A stretch of 64,000 nt of DNA from an uncultured Pirellulales bacterium. Lineage in GTDB: Bacteria > Planctomycetota > Planctomycetia > Pirellulales > CAYNRE01. Below the pieces are notes generated by a model. It was given only the letters and a program-made list of their open reading frames with translations. It did no database searches and had not been told where the DNA came from. The position numbers and the translations under genes were made by a program. Below are positions 48,301 to 56,993 of the stretch, piece after piece (position 1 is the stretch's first letter; each line of letters opens with the position of its first letter). The DNA is taken from assembly GCA_964399535.1 (NCBI GenBank), contig CAYNRE010000076.1:22937-86936 (forward strand), read 5' to 3'.

Positions 48301-51114
48301 AGCGAGCGCACCGGATACCCGGCCGACATGCTGGCACTCGATGCCAACCTGGAGGCCGATCTGGGAATCGACTCGATCAAGCGCGTGGAAATTGTGGGCG
48401 CCTTTCGCCGCGCTGCCCTGCCCGAGCTGGATGACCCGCCGAGCTGGTTTATGGAGGAAATGAGCGGCGCCGGCACCATGCGGGCGATCCTCTCCGGCGT
48501 TACGCGGTTGGGCCATGAGCTCTCGGGCACCTCGCCGGCCGCGGCGGCCGTGGCGCCGGTTCACGCCGACCAGCACCATTCCCAAGGCCAAGCATCGCCC
48601 AACGGCGAGGCGGCCGTTCGCGCCAACGCGCCGGTGGGCAAACCCCTGGCAGACGATTGCCCACGCTGTGTGGCCGCCGTGGTCGAAGTGCCCTGGTCTA
48701 AGGTGCCCGCGGCTTCGCTCGCCGCCGGCACGCTCCTGCTGACCGACGACCAGACGGGTCTGGCGGGCGCGCTGGTGGCGGCACTCAGCGCGCAAGGCCG
48801 CTCGGCGGTCGTGCTCCCGGAATCGGCGCTCCTTTCGCCCGAGGCGGCTCGGGCCCAGCTCGAAGAACTCCGCCGCACGCGCGGACCGCTGGCCGGGCTG
48901 ATTCACCTGGCCCCGCTGGCCCCCGTGGCGGCTTATCCGGGCGTGGCCGCCGCGGCCTGGCAATCGGCCTACGAGCGCGAGGTTCGCTCGCTGTTGGGGC
49001 TTTTGCAGGCCCTGGCGCCGGAACTAGCCGCCTCGGCCGACGGAGCCATGGCCGTGCTGTCGGTAACCCTGGGGGGTGGAGATTTCCGACTCGAGCCGAA
49101 TCTGGAGGCCTCGCGCCCCTGGCGGGGCGGGGTCACCGGGGTCTTGAAGGTGGCGGCCAAGGAATGGACGGGGGCCCGCTTCCGCGCGATCGATACCACC
49201 CAGCCACCGGACCCGGGTGCCCTGATTCGCGAGCTTTCGCTGGGGGGCCCGGTGGAAATCGGTTACCGCGGCACACGCCGGTTTACCATCGAGCCCATGC
49301 GGCGCGACCTGCCCGAGGTGCCACCGGGCGCCGATCTTGCCGGCCTGACCGCCGAGAGCGTGGTGCTGGTCACCGGCGGGGCGCGGGGCATCACGGCCGA
49401 AGTGGCCGAAGCGCTGGCTGCCCATGTGCCGTTGCGGCTGGTGCTGATGGGGCGGACGCCGTTGATCGAAACGTCCGATGCAGAGCTCGACGCCGCCGGC
49501 GATGCCGGCGCCCTCCGGGCTCTGCTCATCGCCCGGCTCAAGGCGGCTGGCCAAAGCGTGACCCCGCGCGATGTCGAGCGCCAGGTGGCCTCGCACCTGG
49601 CCCAGCGCGAGGTGCGCGAAAGCCTGGCGCGAATCAGCGCCGCCGGCGCCCAGGTGGAGTACGTTGCCTGCGACGTCCGCGATTCGCTGGCCCTGGCCTC
49701 GGCGGTCCGCGAAATTCGCGATCGCTGCGGCCGCATCGACGGCCTGATCCATGGCGCCGGGGTGATCGAAGACCGGTACCTGGTCGACAAATCCGTCGAG
49801 TCGTTCGACCGCGTCGTCAACACCAAGGTCGATTCGCTCCTGGCCCTGCTCTCGCTGATCGAGCCGGCCGAACTGAAGATGCTGGTGCTGTTCTCGTCGG
49901 TCAGCGGCTTTTTCGGCAACCCGGGCCAGGCCGATTACGCGGCCGCCAACGAAACGCTCAATCGCCTGGCCGCGCGGTTGGGGCGCTTACTTCCCGCCCG
50001 GGTCGTGGCCATCAACTGGGGCCCCTGGGAGGGCACCGGCATGGTCACCCCCGAAGTGGCCCGGCAGTTTGCCGCCCGCGGCGTGGGCATGGTGCCCGTT
50101 GCTCGCGGCCGGCGGGCCGTGTTGGCCGAACTGGCCAGCGAGGAGACCGGCGACCCGTGCGTGCTCTGCGGCCCCGGCCCCTGGGTCGAGGGCGCCGAGC
50201 GCCTGGCCGATGAAGCCAGCCGGGTCGATGTGCCCACGCCCCTCTTGGCGGGCCAGCGGGTCACGCTGCCCGAGCCGGGTTTGCTCGAGGCCGAGGTCTG
50301 TCTCGATAGCGCCAAACACCCCTACCTGAACGAGCACCGCATCGACGACCACCCCGTGCTGCCGCTGTGCTTCGCCACCGAGCTGATGGTCGAGGCGGCG
50401 GCCGCCGCCGCCCCGCCCGATTGGCACGTGGTGCGCGTGGAAAATGTGCGGGCGTTCGCCGGCGTCGTGCTGCAACAAGCCAAGCGCGAACTGGTGGTGC
50501 GGGCCGAACCTCTGGAGCGTTCGGCCGAGGGGGGCCGCTGGCGGGTTCAGATTCTCGATCCGCAGCGCAATCGCCGCCCGCACTACGATTGCATGGTGGT
50601 GCTCGCCTCGCGCCGCCCGGCGCCACCGGCCGTACCGGCGCTGGAGCGCATCGCCGAGCGGTTCCCCTTGGGCAGCGTGGGCGAAGCCTATTCCCGCTGG
50701 CTGTTTCATGGTCCGCTGTTTCAAGCCATTACGGAATTGCGTGGGCTCGACGCCAGCGGCATCGACGCCGTGTTCCGCCCCAGCGATCCGGAAGCCACGA
50801 TCGGGCGCGGCGATACCACCGGCTGGCTGATCGACCCGGTGGTGCTCGATGCCTGTCCGCAACTGGCAATGCTCTGGTCGCGAGCCCGATTCGATACCAG
50901 CCCGCTACCCAACCGCGTGGGGGCGTTCCACCGTTTTGGCCCGATCGGCGACGGACCGCTCGAGGCGGTGTTCCGTGTCGAGCCGGGCACCGACGAATCG
51001 GCCTATAAAGCCACGGTTTGGCTGATTCGCGGCGGCCGCGTCGTGGGCATCATGGAGGGGCTCGAAGGGGCCGGCACCGCCGCGCTCAACCGCATCACCG
51101 GGAGCTCATCGTGA
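42304..51114 (+). CDS. Iterative type I PKS/PUFA-synthase-like megasynthase: FabK/PfaD-like enoyl reductase (tandem TIM-barrel-like halves)-KS-AT-ACP-ACP-KR-DH (~2936 aa)
   Basis: GTG 42304 with AGAGAGGA SD. ER: VAKGHEAGG and FEGRECGGHVG. KS: DAAC (Cys 45070), HGTGT, GHTK. AT: GHSYG (46492), AFHS. ACP: LGIDSIKRVEI twice (Ser 48046, 48373). KR: GGARGIT, YAAAN. DH: HRIDDHPVLP, LFHGP. Confidence 0.92.
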   Translation: MQHSAARDGQETVQTPPGDRPSGCPPRARLGEVLVLGPAGAAGSGIAIAASRADACGLLDWTCAPEAVSADDECLAPLVTETRRLGAQAGERFGLVLWGRLGIVESAALAAIDRCHTLLLVPTTDRHELAEAYARARLIASRVGLVVADSAQAAWAAELGADLVVAKGHEAGGFVADETTFVLVQRLLAWGRLPVIAWGGIGVRSAAAVSVGGAAGVALDWPLALLGESALPPGFRKRLASMDGSETVAVRGPDGRWLRFYHQPGMTALERLERLADELATADQAPGEKLRAWRQVVGELASRAGEKDRLWTTGQDACFAAGWAQRCPSVGRFLRLFREQTDQALADCRASRVLAAGSELAQSHGTEFPVVQGPMTRVSDVASFARAVADGGGLPFLALALMSGGQARQLLSETKQLLGQLPWGVGVLGFVGRELRAEQFAAIEEVAPPFAIIAGGRPDQAQSLEARGIKTYLHVPSPGMLSMFLAEGARRFIFEGRECGGHVGPRSSLVLWETMIQVLLDAPLDEAQARGVHVLFAGGIHDGLGAAMVAALAQPLVARGMKVGVLLGTAYLFTREIVETGAILEGFQQQALATERTVLLETGPGHATRCAATHFYDVFEEEKRSLRRQQLPAEQVREELENLNLGRLRIASKGITRRTSESSGQSELVHVEAAEQAREGMFMIGQVAALRHEPTTVRQLHQQVCGGATERLAQLAPRPEPERFELVSEPAPPPLDIAVIGMSCLLPGAHDLTQYWHNILANRDLLTEIPQDRYEWQRWWNEDRKARDKIYSRWGGFLDDVAFDPLKYGIPPSALKSIEPIQLLALELVDRALRDSGYDAHNPHKDRTAVMFGAGGGIAELGAGYAVRSMLPQYLENPDERLWSQLPEWTEDSFAGILMNVIAGRVSNRFDLGGVNYTVDAACASSLAAIYLACRELADGTADLCITGGVDTLQSPFSYLCFGTAGALSPRGKSRTFDASSDGIAISEGLAAVVLKRRADAERDGDRIYAVIRGVAGASDGRSKGMTAPRHEGQVRTLLRAYRQARFSPASVDHFEAHGTGTSVGDMTECLSLTRALELAGAGPENSAIGSVKSQIGHTKCTAGVAGLIKSALALYYRVLPPTLHVEQPNPKGRLVDGPLYVNSQVRPWIAGPQPRRAGVSSFGFGGTNFHTVLEEYTGEPAPAQARMARREMGAELLLFAANAPAGLLQKVRSLADPLARAVAAGHELSLADLAATWHRRQSTAPEGPRAAVVATSVDGLREQLTALIAHLSAPGGNGNLPAGVSYRAQPLATGQRVALLFPGQGSQFPNMLRDLAVQFREVADVFSLADSVLAGAWSKPLSRHVFPVPAFNPQQQRSQVEALKATDVLQPALGACGLALLRLLEGLGVRATMAAGHSYGELVALAAAGSLSPESLLRLSLARGRSIVELVSSGQQKELGQMLAIAAPGPEVADALAGLPEVWLANLNSPRQTIVSGTASGLAGVRQRLDERKLAATPLPVACAFHSPLVAAAGARFAEALSQTEFRAPRWEVFGNTTADAYPDDPAVIRRRLTEHLTSQVRFVEQIEAMYAAGARVFVELGPKGVLSKLTREILGDRPHLAVPLQPSETDGVRQLLGGLAELFVAGVPLDPERLYQGRELATLDLAALAQPKAPPAKHLWLINGGYARPIHQPKRTMPRRVRLVGEGEVAVSGSAPAPAAAPAISASAGPSMAPAASPVAAPQAPAVASLPLAPVPAQVPAVSAAAVPIPSAPSAVSGDALVDFQETMRYFLAMQEAVMTSYFQGAPAAAAPAGTVIPVAAPAAAAPPIAVASVPAPQGVVAPAGPPQVVPAAAQTPPALPPVAVVVSSPAGTEPAADRAMADENSSQPALAPALSRQGLGDLLVNIVSERTGYPSDMLEMSANLEADLGIDSIKRVEIVGAFRRAALPELQEPPAWFMEKVTGVTTLRQIVDTVAELAGATQAGTDAATPPPSTAATAEVATVREEALEELLMNVVSERTGYPADMLALDANLEADLGIDSIKRVEIVGAFRRAALPELDDPPSWFMEEMSGAGTMRAILSGVTRLGHELSGTSPAAAAVAPVHADQHHSQGQASPNGEAAVRANAPVGKPLADDCPRCVAAVVEVPWSKVPAASLAAGTLLLTDDQTGLAGALVAALSAQGRSAVVLPESALLSPEAARAQLEELRRTRGPLAGLIHLAPLAPVAAYPGVAAAAWQSAYEREVRSLLGLLQALAPELAASADGAMAVLSVTLGGGDFRLEPNLEASRPWRGGVTGVLKVAAKEWTGARFRAIDTTQPPDPGALIRELSLGGPVEIGYRGTRRFTIEPMRRDLPEVPPGADLAGLTAESVVLVTGGARGITAEVAEALAAHVPLRLVLMGRTPLIETSDAELDAAGDAGALRALLIARLKAAGQSVTPRDVERQVASHLAQREVRESLARISAAGAQVEYVACDVRDSLALASAVREIRDRCGRIDGLIHGAGVIEDRYLVDKSVESFDRVVNTKVDSLLALLSLIEPAELKMLVLFSSVSGFFGNPGQADYAAANETLNRLAARLGRLLPARVVAINWGPWEGTGMVTPEVARQFAARGVGMVPVARGRRAVLAELASEETGDPCVLCGPGPWVEGAERLADEASRVDVPTPLLAGQRVTLPEPGLLEAEVCLDSAKHPYLNEHRIDDHPVLPLCFATELMVEAAAAAAPPDWHVVRVENVRAFAGVVLQQAKRELVVRAEPLERSAEGGRWRVQILDPQRNRRPHYDCMVVLASRRPAPPAVPALERIAERFPLGSVGEAYSRWLFHGPLFQAITELRGLDASGIDAVFRPSDPEATIGRGDTTGWLIDPVVLDACPQLAMLWSRARFDTSPLPNRVGAFHRFGPIGDGPLEAVFRVEPGTDESAYKATVWLIRGGRVVGIMEGLEGAGTAALNRITGSSS

Positions 51115-54100
51115 CCCAGGGCCACCACGCGCCTGCCGAGGGCCAGGGCCGGGCCGTCTCCGAGGCCCCTGAAATGGCCGCCGACGAGGTCGCCATCGTC
51201 GGGATGGCCTGCATCGTGCCGGGCGCCGACAGCCCCGGCCGCTTCTGGCAGAACATCGTCGGCAAGTTCGACGCCGTCTCCGAGCCCACCCCCGACTGGC
51301 AGCCCGAGATGTTCGCCGACCCGCACCGGGCCGACCGGGTGTACACGGCCCGGGGGGGTTACCTGGGGGAACTGAGCCGGTTCAACTCGGCCCGCTACGG
51401 CATCATGCCTTCGAGCATCGAGGGGGCCGAACCGGACCAGTTCCTGGCCTTTCGCTGCGCGATCGAGGCCCTGGAAGACGCCGGATACCCCCAGATACCG
51501 CTCTCGCGGGAAAAGACCGGGGTAATTGTCGGCCGGGGCATCTTCGTCAACCGCGGCATGTACACCATGTACGCCCAGGGGTACCTGGTCGAACAGGTGG
51601 TCGATTTGCTCCACCGGCTTGAGCCCGGCCGCAGCGACGACGAGCTGGACCTGATTCGCCGCGAGTTGAAACGGCACCTCCCCCCCTTCAACGCCGAGAC
51701 GGTGCCGGGGCTCACCCACAATGTGCTGGCAGGTCGGATCGCCAACCGGCTCGACCTGAACGGCCCCGCCTACATGGTCGACGCCGCCTGCGCTTCGGCC
51801 CTGATCGCGGCCGAGCAGGGCATTCGCGAGTTGAAGACCGGTCACTGCGACGCGGTGATTATCGGCGGCGTGCAGGTCTCGACGCCGGGGATGGTGACCA
51901 AGGCGTTTTGCCATCTCGAAGCGCTCAGCAAAACGGGCCGCATCGCCCCTTTCTCGGCCGAGGCCAATGGAACGCTCTTGGGGCAAGGCTGCGGCATGCT
52001 GGTGCTCAAGCGGCGGCGCGACGCCGAGCGCGACGGCAACCGCATTTACGCCTTGCTGCGGGCCGTGGGTACCTCGTCCGACGGCAAGGGCTCGGGCCTG
52101 CTCGCGCCCAGCCAGGCCGGGCAAGAGCTGGCTGTGCGCCGGGCCTACGCCGAGGCAGGAGTCGACCCCGGCACCGTCGAATTGATCGAAGCCCACGGCA
52201 CCGGCATTCCGCTGGGCGACCAAACCGAGCTGCGCACGCTACGGGCCTGCTTCGGTGCGCGCCAGGGCAGCCGCCCCACGGTGGCGGTGGGCAGCGTCAA
52301 GTCGATGATCAGCCACTTGATTCCGGCTTCCGGCGCGGCCTCGCTGATCAAGACGGCGCTGGCCGTTTACCACCGGGTGCTGCCCCCGATGCTGCACGCC
52401 GAGAAGGCCAACCCCGAGCTGAAGTTGGCCGAATCGCCGTTTTATCTTTCGACCGAAGCGCGCCCCTGGATCCACGGCCAGGCCGCCCCGCGCCGCGCGG
52501 GGGTGAACGCCTTCGGTTTCGGCGGCATCAATGCCCACGCGATTCTCGAAGCGTACGAGCCCCCGAACGAGGCGGCGCTTCCTTCGCTGGAACGTCAGTG
52601 GCCCAGCGAGTTGGTCGTGGTTTCGGCCGAGGATCGCGCCGGGCTGTTGACTCGCTGCCGTCAGCTCGAGGGCTGGCTCGAACCCGCCAGCGAGCTGAGC
52701 CTGGTCGACGTGGCGGCGTCGCTAGCCGCCGAGCGGGGGCGCAGCCGGTTGGCGATCGTCGCGGCCGATCTGGCCGACCTGCGTAAGAAACTGGCTCAGG
52801 CCCAGCGACTGCTGGCCGACCCGGCCCGCGACAAAATCCAGGATCGCAGCGGCATTTTCTGGTATGCCCAGCCGCTGGCGGCCGGGGCAGCCGACGGCCG
52901 AGCCACCGACCTGGGGCGCGTGGCCTGCGTGTTTCCGGGGGAAGGGGCCCAGTACCCCGGCATGTTGGCCGACCTGTGCCGGCACTTTCCCGCGGTGCGG
53001 CATCAATTCGACCTGACCGACGCCGCTTTCCTGCAGAGCCGCCTGGGGCAGCCGCTCAGCCCGCTGATTTATCCCCCCCCCGAGTGCGCCGATCAGGCGG
53101 AAGCCGAGCTGCGCGAGTTGGGCGGGGCGGTTACCAGCGTCACCCTGGCCTCGCGAGCACTGTGGGCCCTGCTGGAACAGTTGCAGCTTCGGCCCGACGC
53201 CATCGTGGGGCACTCCAGTGGAGAATTCGGCGCCCTGATGGCCGCCGGGGTCATCGCCCCAAAAACCGAGGGCGAGTTGATTCGCGCCTTGGCCGAGGGG
53301 GCGGAAAACGCCGCCGAGCTGGCCCACTCCGGCCTGGTGCAGCCAGCCGTGCTGACCGCCGTGGGGGGCGCCGACCGCCAGGCCGTGGCCAACGTGCTGG
53401 CGGCCGCCGGAGGGGCCTTGACCGTGGCCATGGACAACTGCCCCAGCCAGCTCGTCCTTTCGGGCGACGACCAGAGTACCGCCGCCGCGCTCGACGGGCT
53501 GCGCGGCAAGGGGGGGCTCTGCGAACGGTTGCCCTGGGGTCGCGCCTACCACACGCCGGCCTTCGCCCCGGCCGTCGAGATCATGCGGAAATACTACGAC
53601 CGCGTGGGGCTGCGGGCGCCAAACGTGGAGCTCTGGAGCTGTTCAACCGCTGGCCGATTTCCCAACGACGCGGCCGGCGCCCAGAAGCTGGCCCTCCAGC
53701 AGTGGAGCACCCCGGTTCGGTTCCGGGAAACCGTCGAGGCGATGTACGCCGCCGGCGTGCGCGTGTTCGTCGAGGTGGGGCCGCGCGGCAACCTCTCGGC
53801 CTTTATCAGCGATACCTTGGCCCGCTCGCCGCACCTGGCCGTTCCGCTCGATTTGCCCCGCCGCGACGGCGTGACCCAGCTTTGCCGGGCGTTGGGGCAA
53901 CTCGTGGCCCACGGCGTGCCGCTCGACTGGTCGGTGTTGTACGAGCGCCGCCGTCCGGCAGCGCTCGATTTCAACGCCCCGCCGCCGAAGCCCGCCAGGC
54001 TCGACCCCCAATTGGAATTGAAACTGCCCGAGCTACAGGTCTCGGACGAAGCGGCCCGGCAGTGGCAGGCGGGGCTCGCGCGGCCCGCAGCTTCGAAGGG

Positions 54101-56876
54101 GCTCGGTGTCGAGCCCCCTGCCCCGCAGCCGCGGCCGCAGCTACTGCCGCAACCCGCCGCGGCGATGGCAGCCGAACTGTCTTCGCCCCCGGCCGATGGC
54201 CCTGGTCGCCCGGCCGTGGCGGGGCCAGGCGCGGCGGCGCCCGCCACCGCATCGCCAAGCGCCACCGCATCGCCCGCAGCCATTCCACCGACTGCGTTGG
54301 CCACTCCCGCAAGCGCCGCACCGGGGAACAGCGCGGGCCCCACGGCCGCGCCGATTGGCGCTGATCGACGCGCCGCCGTGCTGGCCGCCTTCCAGCAGAC
54401 GATGCGCCAGTTCCTCGAAACCCAGGGCCGCGTCTTGCTGCGCAGCGGCCAGGCAGCCTCGGCCTCGGGGGCAGCGTTCCGACCTGCCGCGCAAGCAATC
54501 GCGGCGGCGACGGCGGAAGAGCCGAGCGCTGCGACGGCGGCGGAACCCGCTTCACCCCCGCCGCAAACCGCGGGGCCCACCGCCCGAGGGAACGCAACGG
54601 ACCCGCCGACCGAGGTGCCACGGGCGGCCGCGCCCCAGGCAAACGCCCAGGCCAGCCCGGAGGCGCCCCCGCCCGCAGCTCGGCCGCGCCCGTCGTCCCC
54701 GGCGCCGGCCTCTGCGGCGAGCCTGGCGGGGCCATTGCCGGCCATTGCCGAATCGACCGCGGCGGCGGTGGTACCCACCCCTCCCAGGCACGTGTCCGGC
54801 GATGCCGACTTGTCGGTCGCGGCGGTGCTCGACGAGCCGACGCTTACCGAGCGGCTGCTGTCCATTGTGAGCGATCGCACGGGCTACCCGGCCGACATGC
54901 TCGACCTCGACGCCAATCTGGAAGCCGACCTGGGAATCGACTCGATTAAACGGGTCGAGGTGATTGGAGCCTTTCGCCGGGCCGTCTTGCCGCCGAGCCA
55001 GGATCCGGCCGATCGGCTGATGGAGCGCATGACGGGCGCCAAGACACTGCGCTCGATCCTGGCAACGATGTCGGAAATGGCCCTGGGGGTCTCCTCGCGA
55101 GAAGCCCTCGGTTCGCCGGTCGCCGAAGCGGCCCCCTCGCCCCCTGGCACCCGGCGCTGGCCCTACCTGGAACACGTGCTCCTGCACGAACCGGGGCGTC
55201 GGCTGATTGCCGAATGCGAACTGGACGTGGCCCGCCATCCGTTCCTGGCCGACCACACGTTTTTCGGACGGCGGTTATCCACGGTCGACCCCACGCTGCT
55301 GGCCCTGCCCGTGATGCCGCTGGCGATGAGCCTGGAATTGATGACCGAAGCGGCCGCCACGCTGCGCCCCGACCTGCACCTGGCGGCCCTGGTCGATGTA
55401 CAAACCCTCCGCTGGCTCTCGTTCGAAACCGAGGCCCGGCGGGTCCGCCTGGAAGCCACGGAAGTCGACGATTTGCGGATCCGCGTCAAGCTTTCCGAAG
55501 CCGATCGCGAGGGCTATAGCGCGGCCATTTCCGAGGGCATCGTCGAGTTTTCCACGACCCCGGTAGAGCTTGGCCCGGCGGTGGTTCCCGACCGGGCAGA
55601 GACCCCCGCGCCGTGGGCCGAAAAGCTGTACGAATGGATCCTGTTCCACGGGCCGGCCTTCCGCGGAATCGACCGGCTCGACCGCTGCGATCCTCACGCG
55701 GTTCACGCCTGGGTCCACGAGCCCGATCCGGCCCAGCTCTTGCCCACGGGCAGCCAGGCTTCACTGGTGCTGCCGGCTTCGCTGATCGATGTCGCCTTTC
55801 AGGTGCCCGGCATGGTCTACGGAAACTGGAAGCCGAGCGACCCGGAGGTGCACATGGTGTACCCCAACAGCTTCCAGCGGCTCGAGGTGGCCGGCCGCCG
55901 GCCGCCGGTGGGCACCCAGCTCGAGGTTCGCTCCACGGTTGAGCGCGAGGGGCAGTACCTGCACACCGCCTTCGAGGTGGTCGACCCCGAGGGCCTCGTA
56001 GTGGTCCGGGCCCTGGGCCGGGTTTGCCAGCTGGTCGATTTCCCCACCGGCATTCACCATTATTCCAAGGCCCCGCTCGAGGTGACCTGTAGCCGGGAAA
56101 TAACCGACCTGTTTCTGCAAACGCCGTTCATCGAGCACGTGACGGTTTGCGAAATCGGCCACGCCACCGGCCCCATCTTGCTCAATCGGCTGTGGTCCCA
56201 GGCCCTCGCCCGGGTCATCCTCGGCCGGTCCGAGCGGCGCGTTTTCGCCGGGTTGAAACTGCCCCCCTCGGCCAGCGCCAGTTGGCTCATCGGGCGGGCC
56301 GTGGCCAAAGACGCGGTTCGGCTCCGGCTGGGCGCAGGGCTGACCATGGCCGACGTGGCGATTGCGCCCAATCCGGACGGCAAACCCGAGGCCCTGCTGC
56401 CAGCGGGCCAGGGCCGGCCGCCGGCGGTGAGCCTGGCGCATAAAGACTTTGCCGCCGTGGCCGCGGCGGCCGACGCCGCGTCCGTGGCAGGCGTGGGTGT
56501 CGACATCGAGCTGTTGGGCACCATGTACCCGGGCCTGGTCGACGATGCCTTTAATAGCCACGAGCGGGCCCTGATCGAGGCGGCGGCCCGCGGCGCGGGG
56601 GCCCCGGTCGATCAATGGCGGCTTTCGGCCTGGGCGGCCAAGGAGGCGGTGGGCAAGGCGCTGGGCAAAGGGGTTCTGGGTGGCCCCCGCAGCATCGAGG
56701 TGCTCGCGGTCGACGCCCAGCAGGGCCGGCTTTCGCTCATTCTCAAGGGGCCCATGGCCAAGGCGTTTCCGCGCTACGCCTCGGCGCCCGGGCACGAGCG
56801 GCGGCTCGACGCCTTCTGCCGCATTCGAGGGCCGCACGTAATCGCCCTCTGCGTGCTGCCCGCCGACGGTGGGTAA
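51111..56876 (+). CDS. Type I PKS: KS-AT-ACP-DH with C-terminal fused 4'-phosphopantetheinyl transferase (~1921 aa)
   Basis: GTG 51111 overlaps the upstream TGA (GTGA) and has a GGGAG SD. KS: DAAC (Cys 51789), HGTG, SHL. AT: GHSSG (53208), AYHT. ACP: LGIDSIKRVEV (Ser 54942). DH: LADHTFFG. PPTase: VSLAHK, GVGVDIE, WAAKEAVGKALG (56631). Confidence 0.92.
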   Translation: MTQGHHAPAEGQGRAVSEAPEMAADEVAIVGMACIVPGADSPGRFWQNIVGKFDAVSEPTPDWQPEMFADPHRADRVYTARGGYLGELSRFNSARYGIMPSSIEGAEPDQFLAFRCAIEALEDAGYPQIPLSREKTGVIVGRGIFVNRGMYTMYAQGYLVEQVVDLLHRLEPGRSDDELDLIRRELKRHLPPFNAETVPGLTHNVLAGRIANRLDLNGPAYMVDAACASALIAAEQGIRELKTGHCDAVIIGGVQVSTPGMVTKAFCHLEALSKTGRIAPFSAEANGTLLGQGCGMLVLKRRRDAERDGNRIYALLRAVGTSSDGKGSGLLAPSQAGQELAVRRAYAEAGVDPGTVELIEAHGTGIPLGDQTELRTLRACFGARQGSRPTVAVGSVKSMISHLIPASGAASLIKTALAVYHRVLPPMLHAEKANPELKLAESPFYLSTEARPWIHGQAAPRRAGVNAFGFGGINAHAILEAYEPPNEAALPSLERQWPSELVVVSAEDRAGLLTRCRQLEGWLEPASELSLVDVAASLAAERGRSRLAIVAADLADLRKKLAQAQRLLADPARDKIQDRSGIFWYAQPLAAGAADGRATDLGRVACVFPGEGAQYPGMLADLCRHFPAVRHQFDLTDAAFLQSRLGQPLSPLIYPPPECADQAEAELRELGGAVTSVTLASRALWALLEQLQLRPDAIVGHSSGEFGALMAAGVIAPKTEGELIRALAEGAENAAELAHSGLVQPAVLTAVGGADRQAVANVLAAAGGALTVAMDNCPSQLVLSGDDQSTAAALDGLRGKGGLCERLPWGRAYHTPAFAPAVEIMRKYYDRVGLRAPNVELWSCSTAGRFPNDAAGAQKLALQQWSTPVRFRETVEAMYAAGVRVFVEVGPRGNLSAFISDTLARSPHLAVPLDLPRRDGVTQLCRALGQLVAHGVPLDWSVLYERRRPAALDFNAPPPKPARLDPQLELKLPELQVSDEAARQWQAGLARPAASKGLGVEPPAPQPRPQLLPQPAAAMAAELSSPPADGPGRPAVAGPGAAAPATASPSATASPAAIPPTALATPASAAPGNSAGPTAAPIGADRRAAVLAAFQQTMRQFLETQGRVLLRSGQAASASGAAFRPAAQAIAAATAEEPSAATAAEPASPPPQTAGPTARGNATDPPTEVPRAAAPQANAQASPEAPPPAARPRPSSPAPASAASLAGPLPAIAESTAAAVVPTPPRHVSGDADLSVAAVLDEPTLTERLLSIVSDRTGYPADMLDLDANLEADLGIDSIKRVEVIGAFRRAVLPPSQDPADRLMERMTGAKTLRSILATMSEMALGVSSREALGSPVAEAAPSPPGTRRWPYLEHVLLHEPGRRLIAECELDVARHPFLADHTFFGRRLSTVDPTLLALPVMPLAMSLELMTEAAATLRPDLHLAALVDVQTLRWLSFETEARRVRLEATEVDDLRIRVKLSEADREGYSAAISEGIVEFSTTPVELGPAVVPDRAETPAPWAEKLYEWILFHGPAFRGIDRLDRCDPHAVHAWVHEPDPAQLLPTGSQASLVLPASLIDVAFQVPGMVYGNWKPSDPEVHMVYPNSFQRLEVAGRRPPVGTQLEVRSTVEREGQYLHTAFEVVDPEGLVVVRALGRVCQLVDFPTGIHHYSKAPLEVTCSREITDLFLQTPFIEHVTVCEIGHATGPILLNRLWSQALARVILGRSERRVFAGLKLPPSASASWLIGRAVAKDAVRLRLGAGLTMADVAIAPNPDGKPEALLPAGQGRPPAVSLAHKDFAAVAAAADAASVAGVGVDIELLGTMYPGLVDDAFNSHERALIEAAARGAGAPVDQWRLSAWAAKEAVGKALGKGVLGGPRSIEVLAVDAQQGRLSLILKGPMAKAFPRYASAPGHERRLDAFCRIRGPHVIALCVLPADGG

Positions 56877-56993
56877 ACGCGGCCTGGCAGGGCGCGTGGT
56901 GAAACAACCGTCTTGTCAGGTCGCGCCGGTCGGGGATGATGGACGGTTGACGCTTTTGGCACAGCTTCGACGTGGGTGGCGAGACGAATCGAA

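Noticed and set aside
56950-56975. TTGGCAC motifs as sigma54 promoters (also near 42107)
   Set aside because: The -12 TTGC element is missing at the required GG-N10-GC spacing.
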